From: Thermogutta terrifontis
Lineage (GTDB): Bacteria; Planctomycetota; Planctomycetia; Pirellulales; Thermoguttaceae
Reading direction: 5' to 3'
Length of the DNA stretch: 47,942 nucleotides
NCBI GenBank assembly: GCA_040393745.1
Contig: JBEBTM010000001.1
Location: 1-47,942 of the forward strand
Part shown: in pieces, positions 1 through 8,974 of the stretch
Layout: each line of letters starts with the position of its first letter
How positions within the stretch are numbered: the first letter of the stretch is position 1
Translations under genes and position numbers: made by a program
Notes under the pieces: model-generated
The model's input: the letters and a program-made list of their open reading frames with translations, nothing else
What the model was told of the DNA's origin: nothing
The model's database searches: none

Positions 1-1205
1 CGCCACCGCCGAATCGCCAAGCCCGCCATGCCAAGCCCAAAGATCAGCATTGATGCCGGTTCCGGTGTCGTCGTGTTTGTGAAATGCTGGTCGTCAAACG
101 TGTAATATGCGTGGAACTCGCCGCCGTTGAACAAGTCCGCCGAGCCGACAAAGGCTTGCCCGGAAATATGGCCCGAGTTCACGTTCAAATGCGAGTCGAC
201 GGCCAAAATGCTCGCGTTGATCTCCGCCTTGGTCGCATTGATCGTGTCGATCGAGCCGTCCACATTCAGGAGCAAATTGCTGCCGTTGAACGTGCCGGCA
301 ATCTCGTCGCGGTTGTTTTCGCCGTCGATGTAAAGCTCCTTCCGCAGATTCAGGATGCCCGTCCCATCGTCGTCGAGAATGTTCATGATGAGCGTGACAT
401 CGTCGCCGCCGATAATGTCGATGAACCCGCCGTTGTCGACCAGATACTGGAATAACGAGTTGCCCAGAGTGACCGTTTGAACGCCTGTCAGTCCGGTCAG
501 GTCGATTTCGTAATTACCTTGGTAACCGGTCCCGGTATCGTTCGCCTTGGCGAAGCTACCTGTGATCGAATCCGCGTAGTTCCAGAGCGACGAGGAAACC
601 ATACGGAGTTCTTCCTTGGCCACGGCAAAGTCGAACGGCAATGTGGAAATACCGCCGGCTTCCCAAGACGTCATGGCCGGACTGTTATATTGCGGAACTT
701 CCTGGACGTAGATGTTGCCTGCCGTGGCGACATAATCCGGGGTGAGTTTATTGTAGGCGTCAATTCGCTTATTGCTTGCACCGATCACGTTCCATCGATC
801 GCTCGTGGCATCGGAATTGTAAGTGACTTTACCGCCGATATAAGCGTTGCCATCGTAGACGTCGGTGCCCGAAGCTCGGACATTACCGCCGACGACAAGG
901 ACCGGGCCGTCCTGGTGCAGACCCATCTGGCCGGACCCGAAGCCGAAATTGCGCGTCGTGACGTTGCCCTGAATTGCCGCGTGGCCTTCAATGTCCCCGC
1001 CGGTCTTGGCTGTCGCTTCGGTCCCGCTGACGGCGTAACCGCCGGTGAAATCGCCGAAAACGACGTTGTTGTAGCCGGAGGAGATGCCGAAAAACTGCTG
1101 AATGGAGCTGGTCGATTCAACGTCCGCTTTGGCGGAAGCGTTCCAAGCGACAAGGGTCGATAGGAGAAAAAGTCCGAGGATCAAGTGAGTGGTTGATTTC
1201 ATCAT
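1..1205 (-). CDS. Secreted choice-of-anchor A-like protein with C-terminal PEP-CTERM sorting signal (3' end runs off the window edge)
   Basis: Absent from the supplied ORF track because it is open at position 1. Hand translation of the reverse strand from ATGATG (1205/1202) down to position 3 gives 401 sense codons and no stop. MMKSTTHLILGLFLLSTLVAWNASA is a signal peptide. YNNVVFGDFTGG...GDIEGHAAIQGNV resembles the choice-of-anchor A domain. The final residues TPEPASMLIFGLGMAGLAIRRW are a PEP motif, a hydrophobic helix and an Arg cluster. Listed ORFs 84..455, 477..1163 and 785..1153 are shadows of it (opposite strand or other frame). Confidence 0.8.
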   Translation of the reverse strand, partial: MMKSTTHLILGLFLLSTLVAWNASAKADVESTSSIQQFFGISSGYNNVVFGDFTGGYAVSGTEATAKTGGDIEGHAAIQGNVTTRNFGFGSGQMGLHQDGPVLVVGGNVRASGTDVYDGNAYIGGKVTYNSDATSDRWNVIGASNKRIDAYNKLTPDYVATAGNIYVQEVPQYNSPAMTSWEAGGISTLPFDFAVAKEELRMVSSSLWNYADSITGSFAKANDTGTGYQGNYEIDLTGLTGVQTVTLGNSLFQYLVDNGGFIDIIGGDDVTLIMNILDDDGTGILNLRKELYIDGENNRDEIAGTFNGSNLLLNVDGSIDTINATKAEINASILAVDSHLNVNSGHISGQAFVGSADLFNGGEFHAYYTFDDQHFTNTTTPEPASMLIFGLGMAGLAIRRW

Positions 1206-1419
1206 GGCTTATTCAATATAGGTAAGGCGGGTATTTTGCGTTGGATGGTCTACCGATTTGTAATGGTATTATATCACGATGCAATTTTTGTGCCAGTGGA
1301 AATCTTGTTAATTTCAGGCAGAAAAGCCGGGACCACACGTGTAAACAAACGGTTTGCGGTGTACTCCAAGTGCCTTGTTTTGCCCGAAATGCATGTTGAA
1401 GTGTAGCATTTTGCCGCAA

Positions 1420-2403
1420 TTACCGCACCGTCGCCGCCATGCTACGGACGAGCGTATTCCGTCGGCTCAGGTAGGTTGCCAGTGCGGCGTCCAGGGGCGT
1501 GCTGGTGCGGAAAAGATGATAATCGCACTGAAGTTTTGTGCAGCCCTGTTTGATTTCTTCGAGATATTCCTCCAAGGCGGCCATATATCCTTGGCGAAGC
1601 ATACGCGGATCGCAGCGAATCTGGACAGGCAGTTCCAGACCTTCGAAGCGTGTCGGACCGCCGAGGGTGAAGTCAAGCTCCATGTCGTCCATGACATGCA
1701 AGACCAAAACGTCGTGGCCATGGCTCCGGAGGTAGCGGAGTCCCTGGAAGAGGCCGTCACGCTGGACGAGAAAATCGGAAACGACGACCACGAGCCCATT
1801 CGGCCGGATCACCTCGGCCGCTGTTCGCATGGCGTCCTGCATGTTCGGCTGGGATTCCTTGATCTGTTGGAGCAAATCCTCGAACGAAGGAATCTCCGTG
1901 GCCGCCCCGCCCCGCTCTTCCTTCTTTTCCACGTTCCATTTCCCGTTTTCCATGAGATGGGCAATGGCGTGCAGGTGCGACTGTTTCATCTTGGCGGGCA
2001 TGACGGTTTGGGCGTCTTTGTCGAAGGTGATACAGCCGACCGCATCCTGTTGCCGGAGTGCCAAATAGGCCAGCGAGGCGGCCAGAGTGCAGCCGTAATC
2101 GTATTTCGACAGGGCTCCACTGCCGTAGAGCATGCTCTTGGAGACGTCGATGAGCAAAGTGAGGCGGAGGTTGGTATCGACTTCGTACTGTTTGACGTAG
2201 AGCCGGTCCTGTTTGGCCCAGACTTTCCAGTCGACGCTCCGTGGATCGTCGCCGGGCGCATATTGCCGGTGCTGCCGGAATTCGACGGAGTTGCCGAAGT
2301 GCCGACTCTTGTGCATACCGCTGAGAAAACCGTCGACAACGTGTCGAGCCCGGAGATCGAGCCGGGAAATACGCTTCAGTGTTTCTGGATGGAAGTAGTT
2401 CAT
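1420..2403 (-). CDS. DUF58 domain-containing protein (VWA-like, MoxR-associated family)
   Basis: 327 aa with ATG at 2403. RLDLRARHVVDGFLSGMHKSRHFGNSVEFRQHRQYAPGDDPRSVDWKVWAKQDRLYVKQYE matches the DUF58 signature (GxHxSxxxGxSxEFxxxRxYxxGDDxRxIDWK). Confidence 0.9.
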   Translation of the reverse strand: MNYFHPETLKRISRLDLRARHVVDGFLSGMHKSRHFGNSVEFRQHRQYAPGDDPRSVDWKVWAKQDRLYVKQYEVDTNLRLTLLIDVSKSMLYGSGALSKYDYGCTLAASLAYLALRQQDAVGCITFDKDAQTVMPAKMKQSHLHAIAHLMENGKWNVEKKEERGGAATEIPSFEDLLQQIKESQPNMQDAMRTAAEVIRPNGLVVVVSDFLVQRDGLFQGLRYLRSHGHDVLVLHVMDDMELDFTLGGPTRFEGLELPVQIRCDPRMLRQGYMAALEEYLEEIKQGCTKLQCDYHLFRTSTPLDAALATYLSRRNTLVRSMAATVR

Positions 2404-2435
2404 GTGTCGGTCAGTAAATGACGTTGAATTATCGT

Positions 2436-2467
2436 AAAAAAGCGGTCACCGACGTCTTCTCGCCGCT
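2436..2467 (-). terminator. Possible intrinsic terminator after the GYF-domain gene
   Basis: The minus-strand RNA reads AGCGG-(17 nt)-CCGCU followed by UUUUUU, about 40 nt after the stop at 2506. The stem is only 5-7 bp, so this is weak. Confidence 0.3.
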
Positions 2468-2505
2468 CGGCTAAACGGGATGTGAAAAGGAGTTATTGAA
2501 GGCTC

Positions 2506-3348
2506 TCAGTAGCGTCGTATCGTGGCGGGGTCCAAGCCGAAAAAGCCGGGGTGATAACCTGCCTTGCGCAGGTGGGAAATGGCGTTACAGTGCAGGATGA
2601 CCAAAAGGACCAGGCCGACCAGCGGTATCATGCTCATCGCGCCATAGCAGACGCTGGTCGTGGTATCATGCCCGAGACTGTGCGCGAGAATGCCGAGGAA
2701 GATGGGAAGCAGGATTCCCGCTACGGCACCGGCAATCCAAAATAGACAGCAGACGAGGGAGAATACATAAAACCATGCGGCTTCTTTGTCGGGTGTGATG
2801 TCCCAAAGCTTTTCGTGAAAGAGCACGATGACAAAGGCGATCGCGAAAGGAACCACGGCCATTGCGATACCGAACGTGAGCGTGTTCATCACCCGACGAT
2901 GAGCGAGAGCAAGGTCCATAATTGAGATGGTCTTCTCGGATTCCTTCTTAAGCGGTTTGGTCGGTTCGGGAGGTGCGGAGGTCGGCGTGTCGGGCGGCGG
3001 GTAAATCCCAGAGGAATGCTTCTCCAGGGCGACCAGTGTGTCGAAAATATTGGATTCCGACGCCGAAAGCTTGGCGGGCGGAAACTGCGGCGCCGCAGTG
3101 CGAAGCGGTGTCGGGGGCACGGCGGGCATGACTCCGGAAGAGCTTGCGGCCGACCGATGCGTGGCCGTTGTCGGCGGAGCGAACAAGCCCTTAATGGTCG
3201 TGGCCGGAATCCAGGTCGTGGTTCCCTCGCAGCGCAACATGTCCTCCGGCCGCAGGACGCCTTCCGCCGCCAAGATTTTCAACTCGACGCCGCTGACCGG
3301 GCCGAAGCGCTGTTCGCCTTTGCGATAATACCATTCAGGGTCGGACAT
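2506..3348 (-). CDS. GYF_2 (DUF4339) domain membrane protein
   Basis: 280 aa. The N-terminus EWYYRKGEQRFGPVSGVELKILAAEGVLRPEDMLRCEGTTTWIPATTIKGLF follows the GYF_2 pattern. A P/A/S-rich linker comes next, then about 4 hydrophobic helices at the C-terminus. Confidence 0.7.
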   Translation of the reverse strand: MSDPEWYYRKGEQRFGPVSGVELKILAAEGVLRPEDMLRCEGTTTWIPATTIKGLFAPPTTATHRSAASSSGVMPAVPPTPLRTAAPQFPPAKLSASESNIFDTLVALEKHSSGIYPPPDTPTSAPPEPTKPLKKESEKTISIMDLALAHRRVMNTLTFGIAMAVVPFAIAFVIVLFHEKLWDITPDKEAAWFYVFSLVCCLFWIAGAVAGILLPIFLGILAHSLGHDTTTSVCYGAMSMIPLVGLVLLVILHCNAISHLRKAGYHPGFFGLDPATIRRY

Positions 3349-3427
3349 GAGTCGGTTGAGAGTAGGTCAACATTGCTGGTGCATCAAAAGGGTATTTCAT
3401 ATTTTAGACGGAAATTTCCGCTGCCGT

Positions 3428-5095
3428 TTACAATTCTCCCTCGGTCAATCCGGCGTCCTGTTTCAGGCGGTCTTCTTTTTCCCAGTGCGTCACGGCCTGG
3501 GCCGTGACGAAAAAGTTGAACAGCATGACCAACGTCATGAAGCCGATGGACATTTGGACGACTTTGTTGTCGCGGATCACGGCCAAATAATCCGGCATGG
3601 ACAAAAACGCCCAGGCCACGAAAACGACCAGCAGATACAACGGGGAAACGTATTTCATCACGAAGCAGTAAAACCGGGGAATCTTGATCGCTGCGCCGCG
3701 TTCCAATTCCGCCATGCTTGTTTTCAGGCCCAAAACCCAGCCGAACATGAAGACCTGTACGCCGGCCATGATGAAGATCAAAATATTCGCCACCCAAAAG
3801 TCGAAGGTGTCCAGGGCCGTCAATTTATCCGTGAAATATGCCGTGAAACAGGCCCCGACCAGCGTGATCAGGCCCATGATCGTCACGCTCGCCTTTCGGT
3901 TGAGCCGGAGCCCCTCCTCCAGCAGCGCGATGCCCGGCTGGAGCGTGGAAATCGAGCTCGTCACCGCCGCCAGAAACAAGAGCGAGAAAAACAGGAACCC
4001 GAAGAAATTGCCAAGCGGCATTTGGGCGAACACATTCGGCAGCGTTTGGAATCCGAGCCCGAAGGAATTGCCGAGATTTGCTTTGACGAATGCCGGGTCC
4101 AAAAAAGCCGGCCCGAAAAAAATGAAAGTGGCCGGTACGACCATCATCACGGCAACCACGGCCTCACAGAATCCATTGCCCGCAGCAGCCGTGAGGCTCG
4201 ACAGGGCGATGTCGTCACGCCGGCGGGTATAACTGGCATAGGTGCAAATCACGCCGAAGCCCAAGGAGAGTGAAAAGAAAACCTGGCCGGCTCCGGCGAG
4301 CCAAATTTTCGGGTCCGACAGCGTTTGCAGTATCGTCTTGCCCGGCGCGGCGGGATTCCAGACGAAATTCAGTCCGTCCAGCACGCTCTGTCCCGGCAGG
4401 CCCGTAGGATTACCCAGCGTCAGGACGCGGAACAAAATCACGAACGAGCAGATCAGCAAGGCGGGCAACGCGAGTTTGCAAAACCATTCGATGCCTTTGA
4501 CCACGCCTCGATAAATCAGGAAGAAATTGAACGCGAAACAAGCGAACATGCCTAGCAGGCTCGGATTCAAAAGACCACCTTGGAACAGGGTTCCGTGCCC
4601 CGCCATGCCGCTGGTTTGGTTGAAAAGTGCGGCGAAATATTCCGAACTTCCGCTTCCGATGCTCCCCGTCAAGTACCGTACAGCGTAGAGCAGACACCAG
4701 CCTTCGATGAAAATGTAATACGAAAAAATGATCGTCGTCAGGGTCACGCAAAGCGAACCGCAATAGGCCATGCCGCGTTTACCCGTAACGCAACGAAAGA
4801 TGCCCGGCGCGGAATTGAAGCCCCGAACGCCGGCATAACGGCCGATGGTCCATTCGGCCCAGGCGATAGGAATGCCCAGTAGCAGGAAGGCGACGAAGTA
4901 GGGGATCATGAACGCTCCACCGCCGTAGGTGGCTACTTGGCCGGGAAAGCGCAGGAAGTTCCCCAAACCGACAGCGCTGCCGGTCACGGCCAGGATCACG
5001 CCGAACTGGGTGGCCCAGTTTTCCTTTCTCGGTGAATTCACGAAACCAACGGTCGGGGAGGATAGAATCGCTTGCGTTTGAGCCAATTTCGGCAC
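3428..5095 (-). CDS. Sodium-dependent transporter, neurotransmitter:sodium symporter (NSS/SNF) family
   Basis: 555 aa with a GTG start. WATQFGVILAVTGSAVGLGNFLRFPGQVATYGGGAFMIPYFVAFLLLGIPIAWAEWTIGR is the hallmark NSS TM1-TM2 region. The rest is polytopic. Confidence 0.9.
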   Translation of the reverse strand: MPKLAQTQAILSSPTVGFVNSPRKENWATQFGVILAVTGSAVGLGNFLRFPGQVATYGGGAFMIPYFVAFLLLGIPIAWAEWTIGRYAGVRGFNSAPGIFRCVTGKRGMAYCGSLCVTLTTIIFSYYIFIEGWCLLYAVRYLTGSIGSGSSEYFAALFNQTSGMAGHGTLFQGGLLNPSLLGMFACFAFNFFLIYRGVVKGIEWFCKLALPALLICSFVILFRVLTLGNPTGLPGQSVLDGLNFVWNPAAPGKTILQTLSDPKIWLAGAGQVFFSLSLGFGVICTYASYTRRRDDIALSSLTAAAGNGFCEAVVAVMMVVPATFIFFGPAFLDPAFVKANLGNSFGLGFQTLPNVFAQMPLGNFFGFLFFSLLFLAAVTSSISTLQPGIALLEEGLRLNRKASVTIMGLITLVGACFTAYFTDKLTALDTFDFWVANILIFIMAGVQVFMFGWVLGLKTSMAELERGAAIKIPRFYCFVMKYVSPLYLLVVFVAWAFLSMPDYLAVIRDNKVVQMSIGFMTLVMLFNFFVTAQAVTHWEKEDRLKQDAGLTEGEL

Positions 5096-5365
5096 ACTTC
5101 TAACAGCATCCTTGAAATTTTAACGTATTTCGAATTAAAAGTACAGACTGGCAACCACTCGTTTAAACGAGCGACCCGAACTCCGATGACTTTCAAATCC
5201 GTATCGGTACAATCATGAAATTCGTTACAATCACGGCATGTGGCACATTCGAAAAAATCCGAAAATCTTTCCTCTTTTAACGATTTCATGTAATGCGGAC
5301 AACCGCCTTTTCCGATAATCTCAGTGAATGATTCCATCCACGTTGTTATTCAAGGATGAAAGCCC

Positions 5366-8300
5366 ATGAAAAGAAAACATTTCCCCCAAGCGACCTTATT
5401 TCGCCAAACTGCCTTGTCGTGCATCTTGGCTCTGTTCGTAGCAAATGCGACGGCTCAGGAGATTCGCCAGGCGTATCAATCGCAACCCACTGGTATGGCG
5501 TCGGTTCGCGGTAACGGTATCGTCCAGGCCCACTGGAATCAGGAAACGCCTCCGGCTCCCGTACAGCAGGTTCAGTACCAACAGCCCGCCCCTACGGAAA
5601 ACCGTCTGGTCGAGCCCATGCCGCTTTACCAATCTACGCAGAACTCTCAGTACATTCCGGCGAATCAGCTTGGACAGCATCTCCAATCGGGCATGGCATC
5701 GTCTCAAAAGCTGAACCCGCCGTCTGGGCAGTTTCATCAAAATGCTCAAACACCCGGCATGGCTGTAACGCATCCTCAAGCGGTTATCCCCGCAGCACCA
5801 GGTTACGCTTCCATGCCCGGCCATCCGATCAGGCAAGCGAGTCACCCGCAGGAATTCTACAATACCCAGCCCCAAGCCCTTCAGGCTGCCCCGACGCCGC
5901 AAGTCGCAAATGAGACCGTAGTGCGTAATCATCGGCTCCAGCAACTTACACCGCAGCAGTTCGAACAGAAATTGCTTAATAAGCTCGGCAACCGCCTCGT
6001 GCCGGTCCGGGTCGAAGAATCGGCGAACCAGTCCCGCTTCCGTTTGCCGACTCGTGACGGTTCTCAGGTCGAATTGACCGTTGATCGGGAAAACGGCATG
6101 ACGACGCTCGTCGGCACGACCAAGATGGTCGACTCTTGCCTGCAAATCGTTCAGCTCCTGGACGTCCGCGAAGTCGTCGGAGGTCCGACCACACAGTTCG
6201 TTCCCGTACAGAATCAACAGGCGGTCATCCAAGACGCGGCCAATCTGCTCAATCGGGAAAGTCAACGTATGGCCCAGGCTCAGCCTGCCGGCCAACCCGT
6301 TCAACGGCCCGAAGACGGCGCGACACGCTTCGTACAACCCGGGGCGACCCAGCAGCCCGGTCAACTGACCGAACAGGGTATCGCAGCCGCCTTGGAAACC
6401 GTCGGTTCGGTGGTCGGACCGGTCAGCATCAACGTCAACTCGGATCTCGGAATCGTCACCATCACGGGTGCTCCCGAGGATGTTCGAGTCGTCATGAGCG
6501 TCCTGGGCAGCCTTGAGCAAATCAGCAAAGAGCAGGAACCGCTTGTCGAACTCGTCCAGCTTGAACACGGCGATTGCTACCGTGTAAACACCTTGGTTCA
6601 GCAGCTTTACTCGCAGATTTATTCGACCCGGCGCGGCAATCTGGTCATGTTGCCTCTGATCAAGCCGAACACGATTCTCATGGTCGGCCAGAAGGAAAGC
6701 ATCGACACGGCCAAGGAACTCGTCGCCAAGCTCGACACACCTGTTCGACCCAATACGCAATACCAGATTTTCCGGCTCCGCAACGCGGCCGCTTCGGAAC
6801 TTCAAACGGAAATCACGAATTTCTACAATAACTCGCAACGGTCCGGACTCGGCCTGGAAGCCCAGGTTTACATTATCAGCGACTATCGAACGAATTCGCT
6901 CATCGTGCAGGCCAATCCGCGCGACATGCTCGAAGTCACGACGATGATCCAGAAATTGGACTCGCCCGGCAGCGACGTGAAGAATACGGTCAAGACCTTC
7001 CCGCTGAAAAACGCGATTGCCAGCGATTTGGCGACGACGTTGCAAAACGCGCTGTCCGTTGCCAGTACGGGAACCAGCGGCGGGTTCGGCGGCAACCAGA
7101 ACAGTCAGTCGACGATGCGGAGTCCGGCCTTGGAATTCCTGAATCCGAGCGACCAGCAGATTCTCAGCGCCGCCTCCTTGTACGATGTGCGAGTCGTCGC
7201 CGACACCCGGAGCAACATGCTTATCGTTTCGGCTCCCACGGAAACCATGCCGGTGATCGCCGCGCTGATCGCCCAGCTCGACCAGCTTCCTTCGGCCGAA
7301 TCGCAGATCAAGGTTTTCACGCTTGTCAACGCCGACGCTTACACGCTCACGACCATGCTCACGAACCTGTTCGCGTCAACCTCGTCCGGCACCGGCGGCT
7401 TTGGAACCACGGGTTCGAACAGCTCGCAGATCGCCACGGTCCGGCCGGGCATCGAGGAAACCGAAAGCACGCTCGTTTCCGTGCGTTTTGTCAGCGACAT
7501 CCGTACGAACAGCATCATCGCCTGCGGCAGCGCCGGCGACATGAGCATCGTCGAGGCCCTGCTGCTCCGGTTGGACGAAGAAAACATGAACAACCGCAAG
7601 ATCATCGCCATGAAGCTGGCCAACAATCCCGCTTCGGAAATCGCGACGATCATCAACGATTTCGTGAGCCAGGAACGTCAACTGGAAACACAGAACAGCA
7701 CCTACCTGCTGCCGCAGAGTCCGTTGGAACAATACCGCAAGGAAGTCATTGCCACCTCGGAAGCGAACACGAATACGCTTATCGTCAGCACCACGCCGCG
7801 TTATTTCGAACCAATCCGAAAATTGGTCATCGAACTGGACGAGCGCCCCCTGATGGTCGCCCTGCAGGTGTTAATCGCCGAAGTCCGCATGACGCATAAC
7901 CGCGACCGGGGCATTGAAATCGCTCTCCAGGATTCGCTCCTGTTCAATCGTGGCATCGCCGGTGACGGGCCGGGCTTCCTCTTCGGCAATCCGAGTTACG
8001 GTATCCCGACGGGCAACGTCAATCCGGGCACGGTCGGCTCACAGGGAATCACGAACTTCGGCACCGGCCGAACCAACGGTAACGGCATCGGCGGTTTCAC
8101 CTTCGCCGCGTCGAGCGAATCGGTCAGCGTACTGGTTCGAGCCTTGGAAGAACAAGGCAAAATTCGAGTCCTGAGCCGCCCCCAGATCACGGCCATGCAC
8201 AATCTCCGCGCCACGATTTCCGTCGGGCAGGACGTTCCCTATGTCACCAGTTCGGACTCGAACAACTCCGGCGGAACGACGAGTGCGACCGACTACCAGA

Positions 8301-8911
8301 AGGTCGGCACCATCCTGGACGTGATCCCACGCATCACGGCCGACGAGCAGGTCGTCATGGACGTTTATATCGAAAAGTCGAGCGTCGGCAACGTCGCCGA
8401 CGGGATTCCGATCGCGGTTTCCGGCGGCCAGACGCTTTACTCGCCCAAGATCAATCGGACCAACGCCCAAACCACGGTCAGCGCCATGGACGGGGAAACC
8501 GTGGTCTTTGCCGGGCTCATCACCGAGCAGAAGGAAACGCTCAACCGTAGCGTACCGTTTCTGAACAAAATTCCGGTCGTCAAACACTTTTTCGAATACG
8601 ATTCCTATGTCTGCGAACGAAGCGAACTGCTCATTATCATGACACCCACGATCATCCGCAGCGAGGCCGACATGGCCATGATCCGCCAGCAGGAAACCTG
8701 CCGGATGCATTGGTGCCTGAGCGATGTGGTCAAGCTGACCGGCAACTCCAAGATGAACATCCGCGGCGATTATTATTCGCCCATGGGCCACCAGATGGAA
8801 TATATCCGTACCGAGCCGGGCGTGAAAATCCTCGACGATTCCCAGCTCCCTTCGGACGACGACATTCGCCGCATCCTGCCGGTCCCGACGCTGGCACCGC
8901 AGAATAATTAA
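5366..8911 (+). CDS. Secretin (GspD/PilQ family, type II/III secretion system protein) with Q/P-rich N-terminal extension
   Basis: 1181 aa with AAGGA upstream of the ATG and a signal peptide. There are five Secretin_N-type repeats ending in ..LD (NTILMVGQKESIDTAKELVAKLD, NSLIVQANPRDMLEVTTMIQKLD, NMLIVSAPTETMPVIAALIAQLD, NSIIACGSAGDMSIVEALLLRLD, NTLIVSTTPRYFEPIRKLVIELD). The C-terminal secretin domain reads LVRALEEQGKIRVLSRPQITAMHNLRATISVGQDVPY...VPFLNKIPVVKHFF...ELLIIMTPTIIR. Confidence 0.9.
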   Translation: MKRKHFPQATLFRQTALSCILALFVANATAQEIRQAYQSQPTGMASVRGNGIVQAHWNQETPPAPVQQVQYQQPAPTENRLVEPMPLYQSTQNSQYIPANQLGQHLQSGMASSQKLNPPSGQFHQNAQTPGMAVTHPQAVIPAAPGYASMPGHPIRQASHPQEFYNTQPQALQAAPTPQVANETVVRNHRLQQLTPQQFEQKLLNKLGNRLVPVRVEESANQSRFRLPTRDGSQVELTVDRENGMTTLVGTTKMVDSCLQIVQLLDVREVVGGPTTQFVPVQNQQAVIQDAANLLNRESQRMAQAQPAGQPVQRPEDGATRFVQPGATQQPGQLTEQGIAAALETVGSVVGPVSINVNSDLGIVTITGAPEDVRVVMSVLGSLEQISKEQEPLVELVQLEHGDCYRVNTLVQQLYSQIYSTRRGNLVMLPLIKPNTILMVGQKESIDTAKELVAKLDTPVRPNTQYQIFRLRNAAASELQTEITNFYNNSQRSGLGLEAQVYIISDYRTNSLIVQANPRDMLEVTTMIQKLDSPGSDVKNTVKTFPLKNAIASDLATTLQNALSVASTGTSGGFGGNQNSQSTMRSPALEFLNPSDQQILSAASLYDVRVVADTRSNMLIVSAPTETMPVIAALIAQLDQLPSAESQIKVFTLVNADAYTLTTMLTNLFASTSSGTGGFGTTGSNSSQIATVRPGIEETESTLVSVRFVSDIRTNSIIACGSAGDMSIVEALLLRLDEENMNNRKIIAMKLANNPASEIATIINDFVSQERQLETQNSTYLLPQSPLEQYRKEVIATSEANTNTLIVSTTPRYFEPIRKLVIELDERPLMVALQVLIAEVRMTHNRDRGIEIALQDSLLFNRGIAGDGPGFLFGNPSYGIPTGNVNPGTVGSQGITNFGTGRTNGNGIGGFTFAASSESVSVLVRALEEQGKIRVLSRPQITAMHNLRATISVGQDVPYVTSSDSNNSGGTTSATDYQKVGTILDVIPRITADEQVVMDVYIEKSSVGNVADGIPIAVSGGQTLYSPKINRTNAQTTVSAMDGETVVFAGLITEQKETLNRSVPFLNKIPVVKHFFEYDSYVCERSELLIIMTPTIIRSEADMAMIRQQETCRMHWCLSDVVKLTGNSKMNIRGDYYSPMGHQMEYIRTEPGVKILDDSQLPSDDDIRRILPVPTLAPQNN

Positions 8912-8974
8912 CCTCCGTTTAACCGAGCGGCGCGGACGCCGATGAGTTTCGAACCGAACCACCCAGAACCCGAT

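Noticed and set aside
1370-1410. CCAAGTG and GAAGTGTAGC fragments resembling the hairpin element downstream of the DUF58 gene
   Set aside because: There is no complementary arm and no 13-nt-loop geometry. The similarity is limited to 7-9 nt and could be chance.
1354-2421. Other long antisense or overlapping ORFs: 1354..2421, 3347..4273, 11868..12959, 13352..14128, 14460..15080, 16825..17688, 22210..22980, 25764..26306, 28348..29286, 29338..30000, 30870..31463, 36375..37208, 45202..46017, 46897..47643
   Set aside because: Each overlaps a gene with stronger evidence on the other strand or in another frame. Their compositions are Arg/Gly/Pro/His-rich and low in information.
5396-7045. 549-aa ORF antisense to the secretin, and similarly 8039..8962 (307 aa)
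   Set aside because: It lies on the opposite strand from a gene with unmistakable secretin domains. Its R/G/L/D/H-rich composition with no motif is the typical shadow ORF of GC-rich DNA.
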